Part shown: positions 44,646 through 52,640 of the stretch, piece by piece | Numbering within the stretch: position 1 is the first letter of the stretch | Layout of the letters: every line of letters begins with the position of its first letter | Assembly: GCA_046542505.1 (NCBI GenBank) | Contig: JBKHBH010000001.1 | Span: 770-64,769 of the forward strand | Length of the DNA: 64,000 bases | Direction of reading: 5' to 3' | Source: Thermovirgaceae bacterium | GTDB taxonomy: Bacteria; Synergistota; Synergistia; Synergistales; Thermovirgaceae | Notes under the pieces: model-generated | Databases searched by the model: none | Seen by the model: only the letters and a program-made list of their open reading frames with translations | Told to the model about the DNA's origin: nothing | Position numbers and translations under genes: made by a program

Positions 44646-46250
44646 ATGAGTGAAAAATTTGACTTGATCCTGAAAAAGGGACGCATCATCGATGGGACGG
44701 GGAATCCGTCCTATGTGGCAGATATCGGCGTTTCCGGCGGAACCATCACGAAGATCGGCCTGATTGCCGAGGGCATGGGAGAAGAGATCGATGTCAAGGG
44801 GCAGGTGGTGTCGCCCGGTTTCATCGACCTTCACAACCATTGCGACCACAACGCCCAGGCTTTCCCGGACGTGGAAAACTATATCATGCAGGGCGTGACC
44901 ACATCACTTGGTGGGAATTGTGGAATTTCCATGATGCCCCTCGAGCCGGCCTTTGCGGACCTGGCGAAGAAATACCTTTCGCCTTTTCTTCACCCGGAAT
45001 GCGATTACGGGTGGGACTGGAAGAACGTCGCGGATTTCTCCGAAAAGGTGAAAAAGACCGGTACGGTTCAGAACATGGGTTTCCTCCTTGGTCATGGGAC
45101 GATCCGCATCGCCGCCAAGGGGTTTGATGCCGGCCCGGCGTCCCCGGACGAGATGAAGGTCATGCAGGACCTTCTGGCCCGGGGGATGGAAGAGGGCGCT
45201 TTCGGCTTGTCCGCCGGCCTCATCTACTCGCCCGGCAGCTATGCGTCCACCGAAGAGATGACGGCCCTGGCCTCGGTTTTGAAAGATTATGGAGGACTTT
45301 TTTCCATCCATATGCGAAATGAGAGCAACAGGCTGATAGAATCCGTCGAGGAGGCCGTGGCCATTGCGGAAGGAAGCGGCGCTTCGCTGGAGGTCTCCCA
45401 CCTGAAGGCCGGAGGCCGTCCCAACTGGGGGAAGGTCCATGGTGTTCTGGCTATCCTTGAGGAAGCAAGACAGCGCGGTGTGAACGCTACCTGCGATGCC
45501 TACCCCTACACTGCGGGAATGACCACCATCACGGCCCTGCTGCCGCCCTGGGCTCTTGAGGGCGGAGTGGACGTGATGATGCGGCGCCTCACCGACCCGG
45601 CGTCACGGCAAGCCATGGCGACGGACCTGGAGGGTGCCGGTGCCGATTTCGAAAACTGGGTCAAAAGCATCGGCTGGGAAAACATCCGGATTGCCGCCTG
45701 CCCTCCGGACAGGCGTTACGAGGGCATGTCACTGGAAGAGATTACCGCAGAAAGGAAGCAGGAAACCTGCGAGGCCTTTTTCGACTGGCTTCTCGAGGTG
45801 GGCTGCAACGCCACGATGATCCTCTTCAGCCTCCTGGAGGACGATGTGGAGGCTGTGCTGCGGCACCCCTTGACCTCCATCGTGTCCGACGGCTGGATCA
45901 CGTCGCCGAAGGCGGGTGGGAGGCCTCATCCCCGCGGGTACGGTGCCTTCCCGAGGTTTTTGGGACGTTACGTCAGGGAAAGAAGGCTGCTCCGCCTCGA
46001 GGAAGCGGTGCGGAAGATCACATCCATGCCGGCCCGGGTCATGGGGCTCGGGGACAGGGGAATGATACGGGAAGGATTCAGGGCGGACCTGGTCGTTTTT
46101 GATCCCGACACGATCAGGGACAACGCGACCTTCGACAATCCCCACCAGTTCCCTGACGGGATAGACCTGGTGGTGGTCAACGGAAAACCCGTCGTCAAAA
46201 AGGGCGAACTGACGGGGCATCGCCCCGGAGAGATGCTGAAAAAGTCATAA
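44646..46250 (+). CDS. D-aminoacylase family amidohydrolase, paralog 2 (534 aa)
   Basis: Motifs PGFIDLHNHCD, GVTTSLGGNCGIS, SIHMRNE, VSHLK and VSDG. Confidence 0.8.
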   Translation: MSEKFDLILKKGRIIDGTGNPSYVADIGVSGGTITKIGLIAEGMGEEIDVKGQVVSPGFIDLHNHCDHNAQAFPDVENYIMQGVTTSLGGNCGISMMPLEPAFADLAKKYLSPFLHPECDYGWDWKNVADFSEKVKKTGTVQNMGFLLGHGTIRIAAKGFDAGPASPDEMKVMQDLLARGMEEGAFGLSAGLIYSPGSYASTEEMTALASVLKDYGGLFSIHMRNESNRLIESVEEAVAIAEGSGASLEVSHLKAGGRPNWGKVHGVLAILEEARQRGVNATCDAYPYTAGMTTITALLPPWALEGGVDVMMRRLTDPASRQAMATDLEGAGADFENWVKSIGWENIRIAACPPDRRYEGMSLEEITAERKQETCEAFFDWLLEVGCNATMILFSLLEDDVEAVLRHPLTSIVSDGWITSPKAGGRPHPRGYGAFPRFLGRYVRERRLLRLEEAVRKITSMPARVMGLGDRGMIREGFRADLVVFDPDTIRDNATFDNPHQFPDGIDLVVVNGKPVVKKGELTGHRPGEMLKKS

Positions 46251-46504
46251 CAGGAGCCTATGGAACAAGGGTTTTTGCGAGAGGCGGCTTTGCCTGGGTA
46301 TAAGGCGGGGCCGCCTTTCCTTGAACCTGAAAGAGAAGGGAAGCGCAAAACTTCCAGAGCGGCTTGCCGCGGGTTCCACGGCCTGGACAGGCCGGCTCCG
46401 CCATACTGATCGAAGAGAGCCCGGAGGGCCAGGATGCTTTTTTCAGGTATCATAAGGGAGCGGCACAGGGACCAACTGACTCTCGCCGGGAGGAATCAAA
46501 AACC

Positions 46505-47464
46505 ATGGAAATGAAATCCCTTGACGTGGCGCCTGGCGTCACCCTTGATCTGATCGACCTGCCTCTTCCCCTTGAGGGGTATCATCACTTTTTCGGCATC
46601 TGGCTTCTCAGGGATGAGAATCGAAGTCTGAGAGCCATTGTGGACACGGGGCCGTCCTCGACGGTGCCGGTTCTGCTGGAGAATCTCAAAAAGCGTGGAG
46701 TGACCCGCCTCGACTACATCCTGCTGACTCACATCCACCTGGATCATTCCGGTGGATTGGCCGAGGTGCTTGAGGCCTTCCCGACGGCCCGGGTGGTGGT
46801 GCATCCAAAGGGAAAACGCCATCTCGCCAACCCCGAAAGGCTGTGGCAGAGCAGCCTCGAGGTCATCCCGGACATGGCCGCCGTATACGGCGAGCCCGCT
46901 CCCGTCGATGAAAGGGTCTTTTTGCCTGAGCCCCCAGGCGTGCCGAAAGTCGAGCTCCTTGACACGCCGGGCCATGCGCCCCATCACCGGTCTTTTGTCT
47001 ATCAGGCGGGGGAAAAGAAAATCCTTTTCGCCGGGGAAGCGGCCAGTACCTTCGGCCGTCGGGGTTTTGCCTGGCCCGGGGAGGACGACGGAACCTTCTT
47101 CCTTCGCCCGGCGTCGCCGCCGAAGTTCTTTTTGGGAGATGCCCTTGATTCAATAGAGAAGCTGGAAGCCGTCGGTGCCGATATCATGTGCTACGCCCAT
47201 TTCGGGTACACCCGGGATGTGGCGTATTTTCTGGACGAGGCCAGGAAGCAGCTTCTTTTGTGGAAAGACCTTTTCGGCAAATATCTTTCGGAGAACAATA
47301 AAACCCCTGAAGAAGTGGACCTCGAGGATCTGCTTGACTACGTCATCGGCATGGATCCCCGACTGAAAGAATTCCCGCGCCTGCCGGAGGACATGCGGCA
47401 ACGGGAAAGGAATTTTATGCTTTCAAGCGCCGCAGGCTTCCTCAAAGCCGTGGCGGGGTCATAA
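46505..47464 (+). CDS. Metallo-beta-lactamase-fold hydrolase (319 aa)
   Basis: ATG 46505 follows GGGAGGA. Motif HIHLDHSGG (HxHxDH), plus DTPGHAPHH. Confidence 0.7.
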   Translation: MEMKSLDVAPGVTLDLIDLPLPLEGYHHFFGIWLLRDENRSLRAIVDTGPSSTVPVLLENLKKRGVTRLDYILLTHIHLDHSGGLAEVLEAFPTARVVVHPKGKRHLANPERLWQSSLEVIPDMAAVYGEPAPVDERVFLPEPPGVPKVELLDTPGHAPHHRSFVYQAGEKKILFAGEAASTFGRRGFAWPGEDDGTFFLRPASPPKFFLGDALDSIEKLEAVGADIMCYAHFGYTRDVAYFLDEARKQLLLWKDLFGKYLSENNKTPEEVDLEDLLDYVIGMDPRLKEFPRLPEDMRQRERNFMLSSAAGFLKAVAGS

Positions 47465-47498
47465 GCCTTCCTGGATTTTCACGGCTGCTCAAGCCGGA

Positions 47499-47531
47499 CG
47501 GGTATGGCCCGTGAGGCCACCCGGTTTTTTT
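47499..47531 (+). terminator. Intrinsic terminator 1 after the MBL gene
   Basis: CGGG(TA)TGGCC / GGCCACCCG stem with a 2-nt bulge and a 5-nt loop, followed by G + 7 T. Confidence 0.6.
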
Positions 47532-47548
47532 ACAGCCAGCTGCCGTAA

Positions 47549-47585
47549 AGACCCGGGACAAGGGAAACCTCCCGGGTCTTTTTTT
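47549..47585 (+). terminator. Intrinsic terminator 2 (tandem)
   Basis: Perfect 10-bp stem AGACCCGGGA (47549-47558) / TCCCGGGTCT (47570-47579) with an 11-nt loop and a T-run to 47585. Confidence 0.75.
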
Positions 47586-47662
47586 GCCCGATACCGGAGC
47601 CTGCCCTGCTTTGAGACCATCCGTTTTGGAATTTTCCGAAAGCCTGATCTTTCCCGAGATCT

Positions 47663-47691
47663 TTGACAGCGAAAGGATTGTCAAATATTAT
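47663..47691 (+). promoter_or_regulatory. Candidate promoter TTGACA-17 nt-TATTAT with an overlapping TTGACA-N10-TGTCAA inverted repeat
   Basis: -35 at 47663-47668 and -10 at 47686-47691. TGTCAA at 47679-47684 is the reverse complement of the -35 hexamer. Confidence 0.5.
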
Positions 47692-47763
47692 ACACAGAAT
47701 GAAAAAGTTTTTTTGATGCAGAGCATCGCTGCGTGATTGCGGTGCGAAAAGGAGGGAAAAGAG

Positions 47764-48081
47764 ATGGAAAGGCAGGAATATTACAGCAGGGATTACGAGT
47801 TTTCCGAAATCGAGCCTGATCCCAGGTTCCTGGTGTGCCGGAGGGAGATGTTCATATCCTTCGGCGTATGGTTCCTCTATGCTCTGGCGGCTATTACTGT
47901 AGCCTACTGGTTTGGGAGAGGTCCCGTCGAGGAATATGTCTATGTTTTCGGGTTCCCCCTGTGGTGGTTTGGGACGATGACGGTTGTCGTTGTCTTTACT
48001 TTCATCGTCATGGCGGTTACGAAATATGTTTTCAAGGACATGGACCTCACGGATGTCGGGACTATCGAAGGTGAAAACTAG
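47764..48081 (+). CDS. YhdT-like (DUF997) small membrane protein, accessory to an SSS symporter
   Basis: ATG 47764 follows AGGAGGG. Two TM segments and a KDMDLTD tail resemble E. coli YhdT, which sits upstream of panF. Confidence 0.55.
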   Translation: MERQEYYSRDYEFSEIEPDPRFLVCRREMFISFGVWFLYALAAITVAYWFGRGPVEEYVYVFGFPLWWFGTMTVVVVFTFIVMAVTKYVFKDMDLTDVGTIEGEN

Positions 48082-48183
48082 CCATCCTTGATGGGACGCA
48101 ATCTCCGTAACCACTGGAAGCAGGAGCGGGTAACCCTTTTGCGGGGCCCGGGAGCAAAAAGCCGGAAGAAGAGGTGAGGAAAA

Positions 48184-49686
48184 ATGGAACTGGAACTGTC
48201 CTCGGCTGTAAGAACAGCGGTTATCATTACATTTATGGTCTATTCCATTGTTTTGCTCGCAGTTGGGGTCTATACAAAGCGCCGCATGGACAAAACGGCC
48301 CTCGACAAATATGTGGAAGAGTTCTATACGGGAGGCCGTGGAATGGGTGCCCTTGTCATCGCCCTGATGATTGCGGCCGGTCTCTGCAGTGCGGGCACTT
48401 TTCTCGGAGGTCCGGGCCTGGGGTACAGCCTTGGCCTGACCTGGGTTACCGTGGGTTTTGCGCAGAATTTCATGAATTTCTGCATCCTCGGACAAATAGG
48501 TAAAAAGGTCGGAATCGTGGCAAGGCGGATCAATGCTGAATCCTATCTCGATCTTTTTGTGTATCGGTACAATCACAACAAGTTCGTCGGTCTTTTTGGA
48601 GTTGTAGCTATCACCGTCTTTCTGGGCAGTTACGTGGTTGCCCAGTTCGTGGGGGGCGCTCGGCTTTTCGAGATGATGACGGGCCTGCCTTATGCCTTTG
48701 GGCTTTCCATGTTCGCTCTGGTGGTTCTCGCCTATGCTGCATTCGGCGGCATCAGAGGTGTATCGACGGCCATCGTGATCCAGGGGCTGGTCATGACGGC
48801 TGCGGTTTTCGCTCTCTTCGTGGGAGGCCTCAGGTTCATCGGGCCTTTGGAACCAGCCGTCAAGAGCATTGCAGAAATTGATCCCGACCTGATAAACCCG
48901 TGGGCCTGGAACCTGCGTTATCATATCTCCATGTGGGTTGTCTTCGGCCTCATCATGATCGCCCTGCCTCACGGCGCCATGGGGGCTTTGGTGTACAAGG
49001 ACACGAAGGCCATGCACAAGGCCATCATGCTGGGTGTCGTTTTCGTTGTGGTGTGGACCTTCATTCTGATCTGGATGGGGCATATGACACGGGCTGTATT
49101 CCCGGATCTTGCCGTGGCCGACTATGCCATACCGTCTCTGGCGATGGCCGTGCTTCCGCCCTGGCTGGCGGGGGTGGCTCTGGCGGGTGTTGCGGGGGCA
49201 ATCCAGTCCACCGTCGGCGCCATGATCATAATTATCAGTTCTTCGGTCGTAAAAAACGCCTATCTGGCATATATCAATCCGGAAGCTGACAACGCGAAAC
49301 GGAAGAAGGTAACCGTGGGCGCCACGGTCGCCATCTGTATTGCCGTTTTCATCGGCGCCCTTTCCCCTCCCCAGGCGCTCCAGTGGATTATCGTTTTTGC
49401 CGTGGGCGGTCTGGCATCGGCCTTTTTCTGGCCTTTGCTGCTGGGCCTTTACTGGATGAGGACCAATGAATACGGCGCAGCTGCGGGAATGGCCGGGGGG
49501 ATGGCGACGTACATAATCGGCGCGGGCAACTATCTGCCCATCTCTATGGGCATGAACGCCATTGTGGTGTCCCTTCTTGTCTCCCTGGTGCTGACCGTTG
49601 GTGTCAGCCTCGTGACGCCGAAGTCGCCGAAGGGCATAATCATGACCTGGTTCGGGAAGGATTATCCCAAGAACATTCTCGCCTGA
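48184..49686 (+). CDS. Sodium:solute symporter family transporter (PanF/PutP-like, 500 aa)
   Basis: About 13 TM segments. The N-terminal YTGGRGMG motif is typical of the SSS family. Confidence 0.75.
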   Translation: MELELSSAVRTAVIITFMVYSIVLLAVGVYTKRRMDKTALDKYVEEFYTGGRGMGALVIALMIAAGLCSAGTFLGGPGLGYSLGLTWVTVGFAQNFMNFCILGQIGKKVGIVARRINAESYLDLFVYRYNHNKFVGLFGVVAITVFLGSYVVAQFVGGARLFEMMTGLPYAFGLSMFALVVLAYAAFGGIRGVSTAIVIQGLVMTAAVFALFVGGLRFIGPLEPAVKSIAEIDPDLINPWAWNLRYHISMWVVFGLIMIALPHGAMGALVYKDTKAMHKAIMLGVVFVVVWTFILIWMGHMTRAVFPDLAVADYAIPSLAMAVLPPWLAGVALAGVAGAIQSTVGAMIIIISSSVVKNAYLAYINPEADNAKRKKVTVGATVAICIAVFIGALSPPQALQWIIVFAVGGLASAFFWPLLLGLYWMRTNEYGAAAGMAGGMATYIIGAGNYLPISMGMNAIVVSLLVSLVLTVGVSLVTPKSPKGIIMTWFGKDYPKNILA

Positions 49687-49773
49687 GAGCTCATCGACAA
49701 AGGGAAGAAGCCGTTCGGTGCGGGATTGAACGAGAGGCTCGTGCCGTGATTTGAAGTGGAGGAGGTTCTCTGG

Positions 49774-51375
49774 ATGTACGATCTCCTGGTAAAAAACGCA
49801 AAAATAGTTGCAGGGTGCGGCGGTCCCTGGTTCAGGGGGGATGTCGCTGTCAAGGGAGGCAAGATCGAGGCTGTGGGCAAGGTCTTCGACAAAGAGGCCG
49901 TGAAAGTCATCGACGCGCAGGGGAAAGTTCTCTCGCCGGGTTTCATCGACGCCCACTCCCATGCGGATTTCGTCTGCTCCGCCATCAACGACACGCTGGG
50001 GAAGATCTCGCAGGGGGTGACCACGGAAATTGTCGGAAACTGCGGGCTTTCCATGGCTCCGGTGAGCCAAAAGACCATAGGGGAGCTCAAGGGATATTTG
50101 TCGCCTTTCATGCCTGACGGCGTGGAGAACGAGTGGAGTTGGGAAAGCATAGGCGGCTGGATGGACGAAATCGACCGAAAGGGCAATTCCACCAATATAG
50201 CTTCTCTCGTTGGCCATGGGGCGTTAAGGATTCTGGTAATGGGTTTTGAGGATCGGAAGCCCGACAGGGCGGAACTGGAAAAGATGAAGGAAGTGCTGGC
50301 CAAACACATGGAGGACGGGGCCCTGGGACTGTCCACTGGGCTGATATACCCGCCCGGCTGTTTCTCTGATACGGAGGAACTTGTAGAATTGTGCAAAGTG
50401 GTTGCCCGATACGGGGGAATCTACGTGACCCATCTCCGGAACGAAGGCCCGGAATTGATCCAGGCCATGGAGGAAGCCCTGAGAATCGGGCGGGAGAGCG
50501 GGTGTCCGGTCCACATTTCCCACCACAAGTCTTCCGGGCGCGGAAATTTCGGTCAGGTGGATACGACTCTGAAAATGATGGAATCGGCGAGGGCCGAGGG
50601 AATAGACGTGACCTGCGATGCCTATCCCTACACGGCGGGTTCCACGCTTATGAGCAGCCTTCTGCCCAAATGGGCCCACGAAGGTGGAGTGGAGAAGATG
50701 CTCGGGCGACTCAGGGACGAGGCGGCGAGAGAACGCATTGCCAAAGATCTTCAAAGTGACATTCAGGGCTGGGAAAATCTCGCCAAGGGAGCCGGCTGGG
50801 AGAATATCCTGATCTGTTCCTGTGAGGTGGAGCCTTGCCTCGAGGGGAGAACGATAGCGGAGATAGCCGCGGAAAGAGAAGAGACTCCCGAAGAGTGCCT
50901 CATGGACGTGTTACTCGAAGCCGGAGGGAAGGCCACGATTGCCCTTTTCATGATGAGCGAGAGTGATTACAGGAAGATTCTGGCCCACAGGCTTTCCATG
51001 GTGGGTTCCGACGGGTTTGCCTTTTCCTTCTCCGGTGTGCTTTCCAAAGGGAAGCCCCATCCGAGGAGTTTTGGAACCTTCCCAAGAGTGCTTGGCAAAT
51101 ATGTGCGTGAAGAAAAGGTCCTTCCCCTGGAAGAGGCGGTCTGGAAGATGACCGGATTTCCCGCGGAACGATTTGGCTTGAAGGATCGGGGCCTCGTGAA
51201 GGAAGGGATGGTCGCTGATCTGGTGATCTTTGACCCCGAGGTCGTTATCGACAGATCCCGGTACGAGGATCCTCATCAGCAACCTGAAGGGATCGAGTAT
51301 GTCATAATGAACGGTGAAATCGTCATAGACCACACCACGTGGTCGGAAAAAACAATCGGCAGGGCGCTTCGCTGA
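49774..51375 (+). CDS. D-aminoacylase family amidohydrolase, paralog 3 (533 aa)
   Basis: ATG 49774 lies 8 nt after GGAGGAGG. Motifs PGFIDAHSHAD, GVTTEIVGNCGLS, VTHLRNE, ISHHK and GSDG. Confidence 0.8.
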   Translation: MYDLLVKNAKIVAGCGGPWFRGDVAVKGGKIEAVGKVFDKEAVKVIDAQGKVLSPGFIDAHSHADFVCSAINDTLGKISQGVTTEIVGNCGLSMAPVSQKTIGELKGYLSPFMPDGVENEWSWESIGGWMDEIDRKGNSTNIASLVGHGALRILVMGFEDRKPDRAELEKMKEVLAKHMEDGALGLSTGLIYPPGCFSDTEELVELCKVVARYGGIYVTHLRNEGPELIQAMEEALRIGRESGCPVHISHHKSSGRGNFGQVDTTLKMMESARAEGIDVTCDAYPYTAGSTLMSSLLPKWAHEGGVEKMLGRLRDEAARERIAKDLQSDIQGWENLAKGAGWENILICSCEVEPCLEGRTIAEIAAEREETPEECLMDVLLEAGGKATIALFMMSESDYRKILAHRLSMVGSDGFAFSFSGVLSKGKPHPRSFGTFPRVLGKYVREEKVLPLEEAVWKMTGFPAERFGLKDRGLVKEGMVADLVIFDPEVVIDRSRYEDPHQQPEGIEYVIMNGEIVIDHTTWSEKTIGRALR

Positions 51376-51409
51376 AGGAGACCGTCCGTGCCGGAGGGGG
51401 AGAAAGAAA

Positions 51410-51778
51410 GTGAAAAAGGAGATCAGAACGGAAAAAGCCCCTGCACCGATCGGCCCCTATTCCCAGGCCATCGTCGCAGGAACGAGGGTGTATGTGGCGG
51501 GCCAGGGCCCCCTCAACGTTGAAACGGGGAAAATGCCCGAGGACGTCGGGGAGCAGACCAGGCAGGTCCTGACGAACATACGGACCATTCTGGAGGCCGC
51601 CGGGGCGACCATGGACGACGTGGTCAAGACCACGGTACACCTTGCCGACATGAAGGATTTCGATGCCTTCAACGAGGTGTACAAGCAGTTTTTCAAGCCG
51701 CCCTACCCGGCGAGGATTACCGTGGGCAGCAATCTTTACGACATCCTTGTGGAGATCGACGCCGTCGCCGAAATGTAG
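51410..51778 (+). CDS. ridA: RidA/YjgF-family reactive enamine/imine deaminase
   Basis: GTG start. Motifs APAPIGPYSQA, GQ.P, VKTTV.L and ARITV, 122 aa. Confidence 0.85.
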   Translation: MKKEIRTEKAPAPIGPYSQAIVAGTRVYVAGQGPLNVETGKMPEDVGEQTRQVLTNIRTILEAAGATMDDVVKTTVHLADMKDFDAFNEVYKQFFKPPYPARITVGSNLYDILVEIDAVAEM

Positions 51779-51797
51779 AGAACCTGCAGAACCCAAA

Positions 51798-51851
51798 GGG
51801 GTCAGGTCTTTGTTTTCTGTGGGGAAACCCAAAAAGTAAAGACTTGACCCC
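51798..51851 (+). other. 54-nt stem-loop between ridA and the STAS gene
   Basis: 14-bp stem GGGGTCAGGTCTTT / AAAGACTTGACCCC (one G-U) with a 26-nt loop containing GGGGAAACCC. No U-tract. Confidence 0.5.
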
Positions 51852-51882
51852 AAGAGGTTGGCAATGCTGGGGGAGAGAAGAT

Positions 51883-52218
51883 ATGGAGCTTCATCGCATG
51901 GTAGAGGATGATATCGCCGTAATCGCCGTGTCCGGACGGCTGGATACCGCCACGGCGCCGGAGTTCGAAAGGGAAAGCCTCTTGCGGCTCGAGGAGGGGG
52001 ACAAGAAGATTCTCCTCGAGCTCTCGGAGCTTGAGTACATCAGCAGCGCCGGGCTCAGGGCCATCCTGGCCCTGGCTAAAGGGGCGAAGGCTTCGGGCGG
52101 TTCGGTGGCTGTATGTGCGATGACGGGCATGGTGGAGGAGGTCTTTTCCATCTCCGGTTTCGACGCGTTCATCCCCGTGGCTTCGACGAAAGACGAGGGA
52201 CTCGAGGCACTCCGATGA
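51883..52218 (+). CDS. STAS-domain anti-sigma-factor antagonist (RsbV/SpoIIAA-like)
   Basis: ATG 51883. LSELEYISSAGLRAIL carries the phosphorylatable Ser motif. 111 aa. Confidence 0.8.
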   Translation: MELHRMVEDDIAVIAVSGRLDTATAPEFERESLLRLEEGDKKILLELSELEYISSAGLRAILALAKGAKASGGSVAVCAMTGMVEEVFSISGFDAFIPVASTKDEGLEALR

Positions 52219-52637
52219 TGCACCTGATCGCCGAACGTACCTTCGATGCCGACAGGGAGAAAATCGGCGAAGTCACCGCCTTTGTGGCGACTCATGCGGA
52301 AGAGGCCGCCATTGATGCCCGCCGGATGCCCCATCTGGAGCTGGCTTTGGAGGAGGCGCTGGTCAATATCTGTACCTACGCCTACAAGGAGCCTCCCAGG
52401 GTGGTGACGGTCCGGATATTACAGGACGAAAAACGTTTCGGTGTGAACCTCGCGGACGAGGGTATCCCCTTTGACCCATTGGAAGGGGTCCCAAAGCCCG
52501 ATGTCGACGCTCCGCTGGAAGAGCGGTCACAGGGGGGGCTCGGTGTGCTCCTCATCAGGCGCGTCATGGACGAGGTTCATTACCGCAGGGAAGGAGGGCG
52601 CAACATCCTTTCCCTGGTGATCAGACGGGGAGCCTGA
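52215..52637 (+). CDS. RsbW/SpoIIAB-like serine kinase (HATPase_c anti-sigma type)
   Basis: ATGA overlap with the STAS gene. N-box EEALVN, G1 DEGIPFD and G2 GGLGVLL. Confidence 0.75.
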   Translation: MMHLIAERTFDADREKIGEVTAFVATHAEEAAIDARRMPHLELALEEALVNICTYAYKEPPRVVTVRILQDEKRFGVNLADEGIPFDPLEGVPKPDVDAPLEERSQGGLGVLLIRRVMDEVHYRREGGRNILSLVIRRGA

Positions 52638-52640
52638 GTT

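Noticed and set aside
47699-47716. Mini-ORF ATG AAA AAG TTT TTT TGA (MKKFF*) just downstream of the SSS promoter
   Set aside because: No SD, only 5 codons, and it lies within about 10 nt of the predicted transcription start; likely coincidental.
47530-50217. 895-aa ORF on the minus strand spanning the YhdT-like gene, the SSS gene and the start of D-aminoacylase 3
   Set aside because: It is antisense to three well-supported genes. The translation is low-complexity (R/H/G/D/P-rich) with no recognisable motifs. Long stop-free antisense frames are expected in GC-rich coding DNA.
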